Source: Sulfurimonas sp. (GTDB taxonomy: Bacteria > Campylobacterota > Campylobacteria > Campylobacterales > Sulfurimonadaceae). From it: a stretch of DNA of 64,000 nucleotides. The stretch's first letter is position 1; every line of letters begins with the position of its first letter. Below, piece by piece: positions 27,678 through 37,713 of the stretch. Position numbers and translations under genes: made by a program. The notes beneath the pieces were generated by a model, which did not search any database, was not told where the DNA came from, and saw only the letters and a program-made list of their open reading frames with translations. The stretch spans positions 30,958 through 94,957 of the forward strand of contig JBAZSX010000007.1 of NCBI GenBank assembly GCA_041662225.1. Direction: 5' to 3'.

Positions 27678-30026
27678 TCATGATGCATTTGCATCGGTAT
27701 ATCTGTACACTTTAGTAAACTGTATTTCACTTGATACATTTGAGTCTAATTTAGCCCTTTGGCATCCGTATAAGCCATTGGTGTCTTTGGGTGTTTGTAT
27801 ATAAATCTGCTTGCCACTTGCCCATGCTCTGTCAAAGGCAAAATAGTAACTGTCTTGAAAAACAGTTACATTTTCATTGGTTTTCGTTGCACCCAAGAGT
27901 GGGTAGTAGAGTACAATCTCATTTGTTGACTCAAATCCAGAATTATTGTTAAAATTAAGCGTAAGACCATTTACGGAGTCGCTTTCTCTTATTGCTTCGG
28001 TTGCGTTACTATCAATTAAAGTATTTTTATAATAGCTATCTTTAATACAGGCAAATGCATCGAAAACGGCATCTGTTTTGTCAAATATACTGTATGTTAC
28101 ACTCTCTCCGGTAACATTCATGTCAACATAGGTAGAGTTTGTATATGCCGGTTCTAAAGCAGTTTCAACAACAGACTGAACTCTTGGAAATGTCCACTCA
28201 TGTATATTTGCATCTGTAGAGAGCAGAGTAAATACTCTTTTCACCTCTGCTATTTGTGATATTGCAAATGTTCTATTACCATCTGAAATTATAATATTCA
28301 TATCTAGTTCAAGTACCGATAAAACTTCCGATATACTCAAATTTTCATATCTGTTATCCAAAATCCGACTCAAGAGAGCATTTTTTACTTTGTACTGCAA
28401 ATCTTTTTTTTGAACTTCTGTTAATGTTCTAGACATTACTTTTTTTGCAATAAATTCTATGAGTGACTTTGTAATTTGTATCTCTTGTGAGAGGGTAAAG
28501 AGTTGAATATTTTGCATGGTATCACTTACTATATCGCTGCTGCTCAGTCCAAAGGCACTCCCAAGACTCGTCTTAGAAGCCTCAAATGCTGCTTTGTTTT
28601 TTATAGCTGACTGATAAAAGAGAATTTTAGCCAAATCCGTAAATGGAGTTAAGGCAATTCTGGTAGTCGAGAGCGTACTGTTGACATCCAATATATTCTG
28701 AAACTCACCCGAAAAAGATTTGTTGGTAGATATATCCGTTCCTCCGAATCCTATAAGAGGAATCATTGTGTTTTTATTGACTTTTACATTAGAAAAACTG
28801 AAATTTCCGTCGCTGAGAGTAGTTGCCGATGGTTCTGTTGTTCCGCATACGCCGTTGCTGTCTAAATCTAAGCAGACTTTAGCTCCGCTGATGTAGCCAT
28901 CCACCATAACACCCCCAAAAGAGAGTGTTGTTGTGTTGCTCTCTACCGGCACTGTCGAGTTTGTATCGGTCGTATTTGTGTCTGTAGTATTCGTATCGGT
29001 CGAGTTCGTGTCTGTAGTATTCGTATCAGTTGTATTTGTGTCCGGAACAGCAAAGATATTTATATTTATTTTTATAGGAGTTATAGAAGCTCCGCTAGCC
29101 GCATTTTCTAGTGCTGCAATAACTTTTTCCTGCTCTGTTTCTAAAGCAACTTGATAAGTGTTAATATTTGAATAAGTTAAATTTACATCTGCAATAAAAG
29201 AGTCTATTGCCATCTTAAGTTCTGCAACTTGAGCTATTACAAAACTCTTTTCATTTGCCGGAATGGTAATAGTAGAGAGTGTTTCAAGCTTTGCAAGCAC
29301 CTTTTCAATGTTTATATCTACATCTTCACTAATCTGTGTAACTATTGCACTTTTTATCTCTCTTTGGAGTTGAAGCAGCTGCACATATGTTAATAAGCCG
29401 CCTTTTGCTTTGGCGGCAGCAGCTTCAATGAGTGCCAAAGTCTGCTGAATCTCCTGCGTACTTGCAAATACGGTATCCCATTTCATGGGGTCTTTATTGA
29501 CATAATCTCTTTTAATTTTATAAGCATTCGCTATTAGAGTGGTAGAATTTTGCAGTGAAGAGTAATTTTGTGCTGACGAATTAAAAAATGAGGTGGCAAT
29601 CATGTCTGTTAAAGGTGTAACGAATAGCTGCCCAGCTTGTGGGGCGTTGTCAGTATCAACAATGCTCATGAATTTACCTGTAAAGCTTTTGTTTGTCGCT
29701 GTATCTACACCGCCGTCTGCTATAATCGGTAGGTAGAGCGTGCCTGTTATATTTGCATCCCCAAAGCTGAATGTTCCGCTGTTTGAGGTAAGAGTAGATG
29801 GCTCACTGACATCACAGGAGCCATTCATATTTAAGTCTATGCAAACTTTAGAATTTTTTATGTAACCATCGACAACAGCACCGCTGAGTGTTATTTGTTT
29901 TGTTGTTGTTCCCGTACTGTTGCTTGTTGTTTCACAGCCGGTAAAAAAGAGTAAAAAGATAGAAGTAAAAAATAAAGAGACCAAATATTTCAAGAAGATA
30001 CTCCCCACCATATAGATGGGGTGCAT
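27678..30026 (-). CDS. Large surface lipoprotein: two VDGYI-Cys domains, DTN[TS]T linker, shared C-terminal domain
   Basis: Lipobox FTG-C; two copies of G.VVDGYI..AKVC.D...NG.C...EP...T...G.F.F. Confidence 0.8.
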   Translation of the reverse strand: MHPIYMVGSIFLKYLVSLFFTSIFLLFFTGCETTSNSTGTTTKQITLSGAVVDGYIKNSKVCIDLNMNGSCDVSEPSTLTSNSGTFSFGDANITGTLYLPIIADGGVDTATNKSFTGKFMSIVDTDNAPQAGQLFVTPLTDMIATSFFNSSAQNYSSLQNSTTLIANAYKIKRDYVNKDPMKWDTVFASTQEIQQTLALIEAAAAKAKGGLLTYVQLLQLQREIKSAIVTQISEDVDINIEKVLAKLETLSTITIPANEKSFVIAQVAELKMAIDSFIADVNLTYSNINTYQVALETEQEKVIAALENAASGASITPIKININIFAVPDTNTTDTNTTDTNSTDTNTTDTNTTDTNSTVPVESNTTTLSFGGVMVDGYISGAKVCLDLDSNGVCGTTEPSATTLSDGNFSFSNVKVNKNTMIPLIGFGGTDISTNKSFSGEFQNILDVNSTLSTTRIALTPFTDLAKILFYQSAIKNKAAFEASKTSLGSAFGLSSSDIVSDTMQNIQLFTLSQEIQITKSLIEFIAKKVMSRTLTEVQKKDLQYKVKNALLSRILDNRYENLSISEVLSVLELDMNIIISDGNRTFAISQIAEVKRVFTLLSTDANIHEWTFPRVQSVVETALEPAYTNSTYVDMNVTGESVTYSIFDKTDAVFDAFACIKDSYYKNTLIDSNATEAIRESDSVNGLTLNFNNNSGFESTNEIVLYYPLLGATKTNENVTVFQDSYYFAFDRAWASGKQIYIQTPKDTNGLYGCQRAKLDSNVSSEIQFTKVYRYTDANAS
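28953..29042 (-). repeat. Six 15-bp repeats encoding DTNTT/DTNST
   Basis: DTNTT-DTNTT-DTNST-DTNTT-DTNTT-DTNST. Confidence 0.9.
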
Positions 30027-30032
30027 TTTATC

Positions 30033-30449
30033 TTAATTTGTCTTTATCTCGTATATAGGAATATTAAGAATGGAACATATATGCTCAAAAATATTTTCTG
30101 CAAAATCATAAAATTCTTTAGCATCTTTGAGGGTTGGTTTACCATAGGGAAGTAGTCCCATATCTCCAGGGTATCTTGATTCAATATATAAACTATCAAG
30201 CAGATTAATTAAATCATTATTGTTAATGCTTACATCCTCTTTGCAAATATTGAAGAGTTTATTTAAAGAGTGTATTTTTGGAATATCTATGTTTTTGGAT
30301 GTTATAAAAGCTTTGAGTGATTTTTCGATGGACTGCTGCGAGTGAAATGCAACAATAGATGTAAGATGCTCAGCTTTTATAATATAGCTGATATTTTCCA
30401 AATCTAAATAAGCAGCCTTAAGCCACTCTTTTGACAAAATTAAACTCAT
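30033..30449 (-). CDS. HEPN-domain protein
   Basis: EWLKAAYLDL, FHSQQSIEKSLKA, KIHSL and YIESRYPG motifs. Confidence 0.9.
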   Translation of the reverse strand: MSLILSKEWLKAAYLDLENISYIIKAEHLTSIVAFHSQQSIEKSLKAFITSKNIDIPKIHSLNKLFNICKEDVSINNNDLINLLDSLYIESRYPGDMGLLPYGKPTLKDAKEFYDFAENIFEHICSILNIPIYEIKTN

Positions 30450-30778
30450 AATATTGCAACTCCTTTTTCCATTATCTCTTTGGCAAACGAGCTGTTAAGT
30501 TCAATAAATTTTTGATGCATTAATTTGGTGTGAGTAATTAAATCGGTTGGATATTTTTGTAAAATATCTTGCATGGCTCTAGCTACTTTTAAGTGAACTT
30601 CACTTTTTTCTTTAAAACTTTGAGGAGTGAAGTTGTCTTTAGTTACAACATACAAATCGATATCACTATCTTCATTGGGAGTACCATAGGCATAGGAACC
30701 AAATAAAATGATTTTATAAGGGTCGAGAGGTTTGAGTCTTTCAATAATTTCATGCTTTAAAACTTCAATATTTACCAT
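30446..30778 (-). CDS. Minimal nucleotidyltransferase (MNT)
   Basis: IILFGSYAYGTPNEDSDIDL; 4-bp overlap with the HEPN gene. Confidence 0.92.
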   Translation of the reverse strand: MVNIEVLKHEIIERLKPLDPYKIILFGSYAYGTPNEDSDIDLYVVTKDNFTPQSFKEKSEVHLKVARAMQDILQKYPTDLITHTKLMHQKFIELNSSFAKEIMEKGVAIL

Positions 30779-30856
30779 TTCAATCCCTATTTTGTGCTAG
30801 TTTTGATTATACTAAAAATAATCTAAAACTAATCACTAAGCAGGAATCAAATATAT

Positions 30857-30895
30857 GCCATCGCTTCCGAGTAGGAGGGGATGGCTTGCTTTGCG
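30857..30895. repeat. Short palindromic repeat, family A (contracted copy)
   Basis: GCCATCGCTTCC-GAGTA-GGAGGGGATGGC; arms shared with 36693 and 39182. Confidence 0.65.
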
Positions 30896-30908
30896 AGAAA
30901 GTTTTGTC

Positions 30909-31691
30909 TTAGTTTTTTATACCCTCGAGGGGCACCGAGGTCTCTTTTAAAGTAGGAAAAGGCGGTATTTGCATGGATGGAAAAATGCCCTCAAAGCACT
31001 TTTGTTCTTTAAAATCATAAACAAAAAACTTCTTGGCTTCATACTCTTTGCTAAATTCAAAAAAAGTTTTTGGCAGGGCTGGTCCGTACTTGTAACTTCT
31101 TTTTGTTTTTGCTTCTACTTTTGGATAAATTAGCACAATGCGTGTGTCATTATAAATCCCCTTTTCATGGTGTGAAAGGTAGCGAGATTTTGCACTCATA
31201 GTTTTATCTTTGCTCACCACAGAATCTTGTGTTCTTCCAGAATCAAGCAAAAAGTCATATTGCTTGTCTTCTAAAATCTTCTGACATGCAGGGTTTATAG
31301 TATTACTTTTTATATCCACTTTTACACCGGAATCAGCCAGTACAAAAAAGGTTACATTTGGCTCCAAATATTTTAGAAGCAACAGATCTCCGGCTAGTTT
31401 CTCTGACGAGAATGCTGCCCACAGCTTACTTTCACTGTCATAAACAACTACAAACTTTACCTCTGCAATGGTGCCAAAAGTATTAAAAACATCCACTCCA
31501 TCCAGAGGAGTTGTAAGCTTGTTCCAACCTTTTTTTAAGTCGTATGTTTTTGAGTTGTAAAGTGCAGATATGCTAGGAATCTCTTTTGAGAGAATCTCTC
31601 TCTCTGCTTGAGAGAAAGATGGAGAAACTTCTTGCAAAGAGCTTGCAAGAAGTGTTATACAGAACAGTGAAAGGGTAAATAACTGCTTCAT
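30909..31691 (-). CDS. Secreted hypothetical protein with a LKKGWNKL-type domain
   Basis: Signal peptide; YDLKKGWNKLTTP...YD....W...LEPNVTFFV. Confidence 0.7.
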   Translation of the reverse strand: MKQLFTLSLFCITLLASSLQEVSPSFSQAEREILSKEIPSISALYNSKTYDLKKGWNKLTTPLDGVDVFNTFGTIAEVKFVVVYDSESKLWAAFSSEKLAGDLLLLKYLEPNVTFFVLADSGVKVDIKSNTINPACQKILEDKQYDFLLDSGRTQDSVVSKDKTMSAKSRYLSHHEKGIYNDTRIVLIYPKVEAKTKRSYKYGPALPKTFFEFSKEYEAKKFFVYDFKEQKCFEGIFPSMQIPPFPTLKETSVPLEGIKN

Positions 31692-31715
31692 TGTTTTATA
31701 AACCTCACTCGCTCC

Positions 31716-34700
31716 TTATGGGAGTAGTGAAGTATTTGCAGCAGTTATTTTTGTTAAAGCTATCGGAGTCATAATACTTGCATCTGCAGCAATCTGAGTT
31801 GCAGGGAATGAACCTTCGTAAATCGATCCATTATACTCTAAAAAGAATTTTTTAGTAGCATAAGAAACTACACTTTGAATTTGTGCTACCGTTGTTGCAT
31901 CAACTTTATAGTTAGCAGTTCTTGCAACATCTTGTGTAAAGTTTGCATTTGCTATCGGCTGGAATGAGATACGAGTCGTCGCTCCACTTGGAAGAGTAGC
32001 CAAACTTACACCTGCATTTTCAGTTGCAAGAGTTTGTGTAGCAGTATTCGTACAATTGTTGTCATACACAGCTCCAAGCTGAGATTTTAAGCCAACACCT
32101 TGTGTATGTGTAATCACATTAGCCGATTTTAGTAAACTTGCAAATATAACCTCTTTAGCATCTGAGAGATTTGAGCTATTCATAGCACCATCTGCTGCAA
32201 CTATGCGCAATGTATTCATGTCACCATAAGTAAACTCCGCACAAGCGTTCAATGTCGCTGCATTTCCTGTTGCTGGAACAGTTTTTATTATAGCAGCACC
32301 TCTTGCTGATTCCACTTCCGGAATATAGTTTTTAAACACATAGAAGTTTGCTGTCGTTCCTGTTGCGCCAAGTGCTAAATCTGTACCGCCTGAAACAGTT
32401 GCTGTAACATTTTCCGGAGCGGCATAATCAATGCTTAGTGTACTATTGGCTGAAACAGCTTGACCTTTACCATTTACAGCGCGTACACCAATAGCGATTG
32501 GTCCCGATTGATTTTGAGAAAAACTTGTCAATGCATAGTTCGATACATCTGCCGTAAAAGTATTCGAAGTACTTACTCTTTTGAGTGGAACTTCTTCTCC
32601 TGCAACAGTAATATATGCTGAACCGGCTACGGCATCATCAAGTCCGGTAATTGTTACCGATATTTGACCGCTGCTCATGATATTTGTTGTCGCTAGTTTA
32701 GGCGTATGAATAGAGTCATTGCTAAAGTAGTATGAATAAGAAGGACTTGTAAATGTAGCCGAAACTATAGAAACAACATCCGGTGTTTTGTTTTCTAAAT
32801 AGACCCAGTAGCCGGCATTATGGTTAATGTTAAAGAGGTTAAACTCATTGTTTAAGAACCACTCATCTTCATTACGCGTAATATCTATACTGTCCCAAAC
32901 AATAGTGCTAGAAGTAGTGCTAGTAATAGCATCTAGCTCAGTTGTAGCTTTTAAGATAGCTCTTACATCATAGCCTGTTCCGGCATTACGAAGTGTGTAG
33001 AGTGGACCAAAAATAGCGAAGTTAGGTGAATATGCAGGGTTTGTTTTAAGGTCTGCAACTAAATCACCACTTCCTAGTGTTATGTTGTTGTCGCCGGACT
33101 GAACCGCACCAGTAATAGTAGGAACAGTAAGATCACTATTACCGTCAATGATTGCTAAAGAAAAAGCAGAGGTATTAACATCGGCACCCGTTATAGCAAG
33201 ATCAACAGTATAAGGTGTAACAGCAGCAGGCAAAGTATCTGCAGCCACAGAACCGGTTGGAATTGTATAGCTGTGTGATCCGGATATATGTTTACCCGCT
33301 GTTTTAGCATATGTATTGATACTTAAAACAATTCTGTCAAGTAACGATATAAACTCACCATAGGTATTAATATTGTCAGTAACTCCAGGAACGCCACCTG
33401 CAATACTACTATTAAAATCTACAGCCGTTTGTGCAACACCATTTATTGTAACAACATATGTAGCATTAGCATCAAGGTCATTCATATAACCAGCAGCTAC
33501 AGTAGTAATCGTAGTAATTTTTTGTGTATATTGGTCTACCGGTAATCTTGCAAGGCTATCAAGAGAGTAAACTCCACCGACGGCACCTTTTGCTAAATCC
33601 GTAGCTGTCGAACTTGCAGAGAGTATATCTATCGTTCCGCTTGCTACATCTTTGACATCAAAAGTAGAGATAGAGTTTGTTGCAACTACAAGCTTTGGAG
33701 TGGCATCTGTAGTAACTGTCGCATTAACTTCTGTCGCAGTTGCCCCTGCATTTGCTGCATTGATATTAGCAGACAAAGTGGTTATAGTATTGACCGCACC
33801 GGTGTTTGATGCTACGGTTGCAGTTTTTGCACCTGAAACTGTCACATTGCCCACATTGCTCGCACTCGAATTATCGTCTGCAAAAACACGCGTATAAGTG
33901 GCATCTTGAAGACTAAAAGGGGTTAGATTGGCTATGATAAGCTTGTCTGCCACATCATCATTGTTTGTATCGACTTGTGTAGCCACAGGATGCACTGTTG
34001 CACCAATAGCTTCAATATTTGTCTCTGCAGTAGCCAAGCTGGTAATAATATTTACCGTTTGGGCACCGCCCGTTGCATTAGAAGCCGTAAATTTGAGTTT
34101 GGCACCAGCAGTGATAAGAGAACTTGTAGATGTAGCACCTGTTAGAACTTCCGTCAGTGTTGTATATTCGCCATATGCCGATGTAGCCGGAGTAGCCTCA
34201 GCATCAGCAACGGTGGTTCTGGTACCGGATACATAAGGTTTCGCACCCGTCAGTGTAGTTGTAGGAATTACTGCTACTGCAGTACCACTTACTGTAAATT
34301 TTCTATCTGAGACAAATATAAAATTTCCAGTAGCCCCACCATACAATGCCTTAATATTGAATGTTTGAGGAAGTTTGCCAAGAAGTTTTGCAGACTCTAT
34401 ATTTCTATTAATTCGTACGGTAGAATTTGCATCTGCTGCCACCCCTAGTACAATAGATAGTGAATTGAGTCCTGAATCATCTGTAAGAGTTACCGTATCA
34501 CCAGCAGCCCATCCAGAAGTAATTAAACCGGTTGCCGCATGACGGATGAATGGTTTGTGGTCGTCAAATGAGAGCATGTTCCAGCCGGCTGTAAGCGTGC
34601 TGTTGCTGCTTTCATCTACATACATTGCAGGATCCGGAATACCGCTAGGAGCAGTTGCCTGACCAAGCACGAGATTAACTGGACCATCAGTATCTATAGT

Positions 34701-35531
34701 TAATGCTCCAAGAGAGTCAACTCTATCTGCTCTACCCCAATATGCTTTACCTGCAGTAAAACTAGTGAAGTCTTGAGCAGCTGTCGGTGCGCCTCTTTGA
34801 TTGACTTCCCACTGCTGCGTAAGTGCGTTGAAGTGGTAAAAACTTGCTGTTTCACCCGTAGTGTCCTGATGAACAGTTGCGTTGTAAAATCTTGGGTCAA
34901 CAGGATTGTTGGTTGAGTTAAAATCCAGCACGCCTGAAATTGTTTTGATTTGATTTGATGAACCTATAACAGGAGTAGCACCGGTAACGGCAGTTAAAGC
35001 ATTTGCCCAAGTACTATCTTGACTAATTGTTGCAGAATAAAGAGCACCATTAAGCAAGATTTCTATTGCGTTGCCCTCGAGCGAAGATTTGTAGTTAAAC
35101 TTAACATTTGGCACACTCGTAGAACCGACTTTCATATACATACTGCGAACCGGCTCGATAGGGTCAAATCGTACGCCCGCTATATTAACACCGACTGATA
35201 ATGTACCAATAGCCGGAGTAGAATTTGCTATACCTTGAAGTGAACCTAAATATCCTGTAGGAGTACCTGTCGTAGAAGTTAAACCTTCCGTTACATTCTC
35301 ATCTGTTGGGATATTATCAGTAAGAGTTGTATAACCTGCTGAAAAACCGGAAGAGGTTACAACACCCGTACTAGGGGTACCATTACTAAAACCATTCACA
35401 CCAAACAGATTCCACACACTATCCACAGTTGGCGAAGCCAATGGTAAGTATGTTGCACCATCATCCGCCGCTGCCATATTGCCTAGTGCTATAATAGTCA
35501 CTAAACTTAATAAACTTTTTTTATAATTCAT
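31716..35531 (-). CDS. 1271-aa secreted Thr/Ala/Ser-rich surface protein (S-layer / adhesin-like)
   Basis: AAGGA RBS; Sec signal peptide; beta-rich low-charge composition; AGKAYW, AGWNML and NAGYWV motifs. Confidence 0.8.
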   Translation of the reverse strand: MNYKKSLLSLVTIIALGNMAAADDGATYLPLASPTVDSVWNLFGVNGFSNGTPSTGVVTSSGFSAGYTTLTDNIPTDENVTEGLTSTTGTPTGYLGSLQGIANSTPAIGTLSVGVNIAGVRFDPIEPVRSMYMKVGSTSVPNVKFNYKSSLEGNAIEILLNGALYSATISQDSTWANALTAVTGATPVIGSSNQIKTISGVLDFNSTNNPVDPRFYNATVHQDTTGETASFYHFNALTQQWEVNQRGAPTAAQDFTSFTAGKAYWGRADRVDSLGALTIDTDGPVNLVLGQATAPSGIPDPAMYVDESSNSTLTAGWNMLSFDDHKPFIRHAATGLITSGWAAGDTVTLTDDSGLNSLSIVLGVAADANSTVRINRNIESAKLLGKLPQTFNIKALYGGATGNFIFVSDRKFTVSGTAVAVIPTTTLTGAKPYVSGTRTTVADAEATPATSAYGEYTTLTEVLTGATSTSSLITAGAKLKFTASNATGGAQTVNIITSLATAETNIEAIGATVHPVATQVDTNNDDVADKLIIANLTPFSLQDATYTRVFADDNSSASNVGNVTVSGAKTATVASNTGAVNTITTLSANINAANAGATATEVNATVTTDATPKLVVATNSISTFDVKDVASGTIDILSASSTATDLAKGAVGGVYSLDSLARLPVDQYTQKITTITTVAAGYMNDLDANATYVVTINGVAQTAVDFNSSIAGGVPGVTDNINTYGEFISLLDRIVLSINTYAKTAGKHISGSHSYTIPTGSVAADTLPAAVTPYTVDLAITGADVNTSAFSLAIIDGNSDLTVPTITGAVQSGDNNITLGSGDLVADLKTNPAYSPNFAIFGPLYTLRNAGTGYDVRAILKATTELDAITSTTSSTIVWDSIDITRNEDEWFLNNEFNLFNINHNAGYWVYLENKTPDVVSIVSATFTSPSYSYYFSNDSIHTPKLATTNIMSSGQISVTITGLDDAVAGSAYITVAGEEVPLKRVSTSNTFTADVSNYALTSFSQNQSGPIAIGVRAVNGKGQAVSANSTLSIDYAAPENVTATVSGGTDLALGATGTTANFYVFKNYIPEVESARGAAIIKTVPATGNAATLNACAEFTYGDMNTLRIVAADGAMNSSNLSDAKEVIFASLLKSANVITHTQGVGLKSQLGAVYDNNCTNTATQTLATENAGVSLATLPSGATTRISFQPIANANFTQDVARTANYKVDATTVAQIQSVVSYATKKFFLEYNGSIYEGSFPATQIAADASIMTPIALTKITAANTSLLP

Positions 35532-35570
35532 AAACTATCCTTTTTAAAATTTAATTACATAGCACGAGTG

Positions 35571-36218
35571 CTATCTATATACTTTTTTGATGTTGATTTG
35601 TGTACCGACAACATTATTCAAAGTCAACCTGTAACATGAAGGTTTTGTAGTAATAGCAGATTGCACATACATTGTGTTGTTTATGCCAGCTATACTCGTA
35701 TCACTCCATGCTATATCGTATGTAAGGAAAAAAACGCCTTCCATCAAATAGCTTGTATATCCTTGCAAATTTAGGTTTCTTATATCCGGAAATGTCTTGT
35801 AAAACAGAGTTACCCATGTTTTCCCGGCATTTACAGAATCACCTTCTAGGTGCTCAGATCTAATTCCTAAGCCTTGATCTTTAACACTAAAAAATTCAGA
35901 GCCATTTTCTCCGGCATTTATACCATTATACGAAGCATCACCTGCTACATGGTATGTACTTGCATTGCAAGCGTTTGCATCATAAATTGCACCGGCTGTA
36001 TCAAAGTTACTCTCTGTAGGGCCGACTGAACCGCCATTTCCTGTCGAATTGGTATCAGTTGTTGTATTAGAATCTGGGTATATTGGATTAGGGTCTATGA
36101 AACCTATATCAATACCACCATTATTTGTACCTGTTGAACCTACTGAATTTGACGATGTATCCACACCGCAAGAACAGAGAAAAATAGTTACAAAAATTGA
36201 GACTAATAACTTCATCAT
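35571..36218 (-). CDS. Lipoprotein consisting mainly of the shared C-terminal domain
   Basis: Lipobox LCS-C; FDTAGAIYDANAC...YDIAW...MYVQ...CYRLTL...KKVYR. Confidence 0.8.
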   Translation of the reverse strand: MMKLLVSIFVTIFLCSCGVDTSSNSVGSTGTNNGGIDIGFIDPNPIYPDSNTTTDTNSTGNGGSVGPTESNFDTAGAIYDANACNASTYHVAGDASYNGINAGENGSEFFSVKDQGLGIRSEHLEGDSVNAGKTWVTLFYKTFPDIRNLNLQGYTSYLMEGVFFLTYDIAWSDTSIAGINNTMYVQSAITTKPSCYRLTLNNVVGTQINIKKVYR

Positions 36219-36235
36219 ATACCTTACACTCTTTC

Positions 36236-36481
36236 CTAGTTAGGAAGTCGTGGAGGCACTCCTAGGGATGGGTTAAGACTAACGCCAAGTCCATTTGCAG
36301 TGGATGTGCCACTTACATTTCCATTATCGACGACTGCAGGAGTTGGTGTTGTTGTTGTACTTGTGTTACTTGTACTTCCACCTGTGCTACCGCTTGCTGA
36401 GGTTGCCCCACTACTACTCTCTCCACACCCTGCCAACATTAACATGCTAATGCTAGCCAAAAGGAAAATTCCTTTTTTCAT
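36236..36481 (-). CDS. Small Ser/Thr/Gly-rich lipoprotein
   Basis: AGGAG RBS; lipobox LAG-C; Pro-rich C-terminus. Confidence 0.75.
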   Translation of the reverse strand: MKKGIFLLASISMLMLAGCGESSSGATSASGSTGGSTSNTSTTTTPTPAVVDNGNVSGTSTANGLGVSLNPSLGVPPRLPN

Positions 36482-36517
36482 TTTAACTCCTTTTAAATTG
36501 AAAATTGTTTCATGTCT

Positions 36518-36544
36518 ATATCGACAACATAAAACAATTTATTA
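36518..36544 (-). promoter_or_regulatory. Candidate sigma28 (FliA) promoter
   Basis: TAATAAAT-N11-GTCGATAT on the minus strand. Confidence 0.5.
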
Positions 36545-36692
36545 ATATAAATTTACGAACATTGTAAATTCCGCAAAAGGAACTCATCAATTGTTGCAAC
36601 TGAGCAAATAGTGTTCCAACTTTTATTTGGAATTGTTATTTTGTTTGTTGATGGTTTACTTAGGGTGGAGTGAGGGAAAACGATGTTCTCTT

Positions 36693-36778
36693 GGAGGCGA
36701 TGGCTTGCCTTCGCTAAAGTGATGTCAGGGAAGCTGTACTTCTGCAGCACTCTCTACCTCTAGCGCGCCATCGGTTCC
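36693..36778. repeat. 86-bp inverted-repeat element, family A
   Basis: GGAGGCGATGGCTTGCCTTCGCTAAAGTGATGTCA...GCCATCGGTTCC; same length and ends as 39182-39267. Confidence 0.8.
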
Positions 36779-36819
36779 GAAAGAGAAAGTTATTTGGTTT
36801 TAAATGCTTATTGCAGTTT

Positions 36820-37671
36820 TTAAAATTTGTACTGAATGCCAAAGAGTATATTGTCTAATCTTTTGTGATGCAGTTCTGAACTGCTACCCGGTACCTCTAA
36901 TGTAGATACATGATCCATCGCAGCAACTCTATATGCTAAGGAGAGTGAAATTTTATCATCTATCGGATAGCTAACACCAAACTGTGCACCTGTTAATACG
37001 GATGTGCTTTGGTCATCAAAAGATGTAGGATTTTCTATGGGGTACATGTTCCATTTGAGGTAACTGTTTCCTATAAATAAGCCGAAATAGGGAGAAAAGT
37101 TGTAGTAAGTTAAAAACTTGTAATTAAGAGTGAGGTAAATATTGTCCATTATTATGTCACCGTTCATTATTTGAGAATACCCTAAAGTACAAAAGATCCC
37201 ATTTCTGAACTCATAGCCTAAATTCAGACCGTAGCTTCCAAAATCTTCATATGGAGCCTTTGCAACAACGCTTCCCTCTTTGCCGATGTGGTTGGATGTA
37301 GAGTTACCGTAACCTAAATCTAAGCCGACAAAGAAGTTATCATCATCTCTGCTTGGAATATTTTTGCTTTGACTGCCTTTTTGTTTTACAACCCTCTGAG
37401 CATCTTCGCTTTTAACTATAAAAGCTCCCGGAAAATATATTTTTATTATCTCTAGTCCCTCTTTTGCAGACTCTTCATCATTATAGGGACCGGCATAGAT
37501 GAGATATTTGGAGTCATTATAGCTGTATTTTATAGGCACACCGACCTGCGAGAATGTTGAATTCAGAGACAATAATTTGTCTTTGCTTGATGTTTTAGCT
37601 ATCTTAATGTAAGACTGCTCATAGCCAAAAACAGTTGATACCAATAAAAAAATAAAAATTATAATTTTCAA
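36820..37671 (-). CDS. SPOR-like domain plus outer-membrane beta-barrel, paralog of 25451-26299
   Basis: YLIYAGPY...A..GL.II..YFPGA; LSPYFG; C-terminal GIQYKF. Confidence 0.78.
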   Translation of the reverse strand: MKIIIFIFLLVSTVFGYEQSYIKIAKTSSKDKLLSLNSTFSQVGVPIKYSYNDSKYLIYAGPYNDEESAKEGLEIIKIYFPGAFIVKSEDAQRVVKQKGSQSKNIPSRDDDNFFVGLDLGYGNSTSNHIGKEGSVVAKAPYEDFGSYGLNLGYEFRNGIFCTLGYSQIMNGDIIMDNIYLTLNYKFLTYYNFSPYFGLFIGNSYLKWNMYPIENPTSFDDQSTSVLTGAQFGVSYPIDDKISLSLAYRVAAMDHVSTLEVPGSSSELHHKRLDNILFGIQYKF

Positions 37672-37713
37672 GCTAACTCCCCTTTCTCTTCTATGTTTGG
37701 ATTTTGTTTAAGT

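Noticed and set aside
36553-36750. 65-aa minus-strand ORF
   Set aside because: Overlaps a family A repeat, has no RBS or recognisable features; likely spurious.
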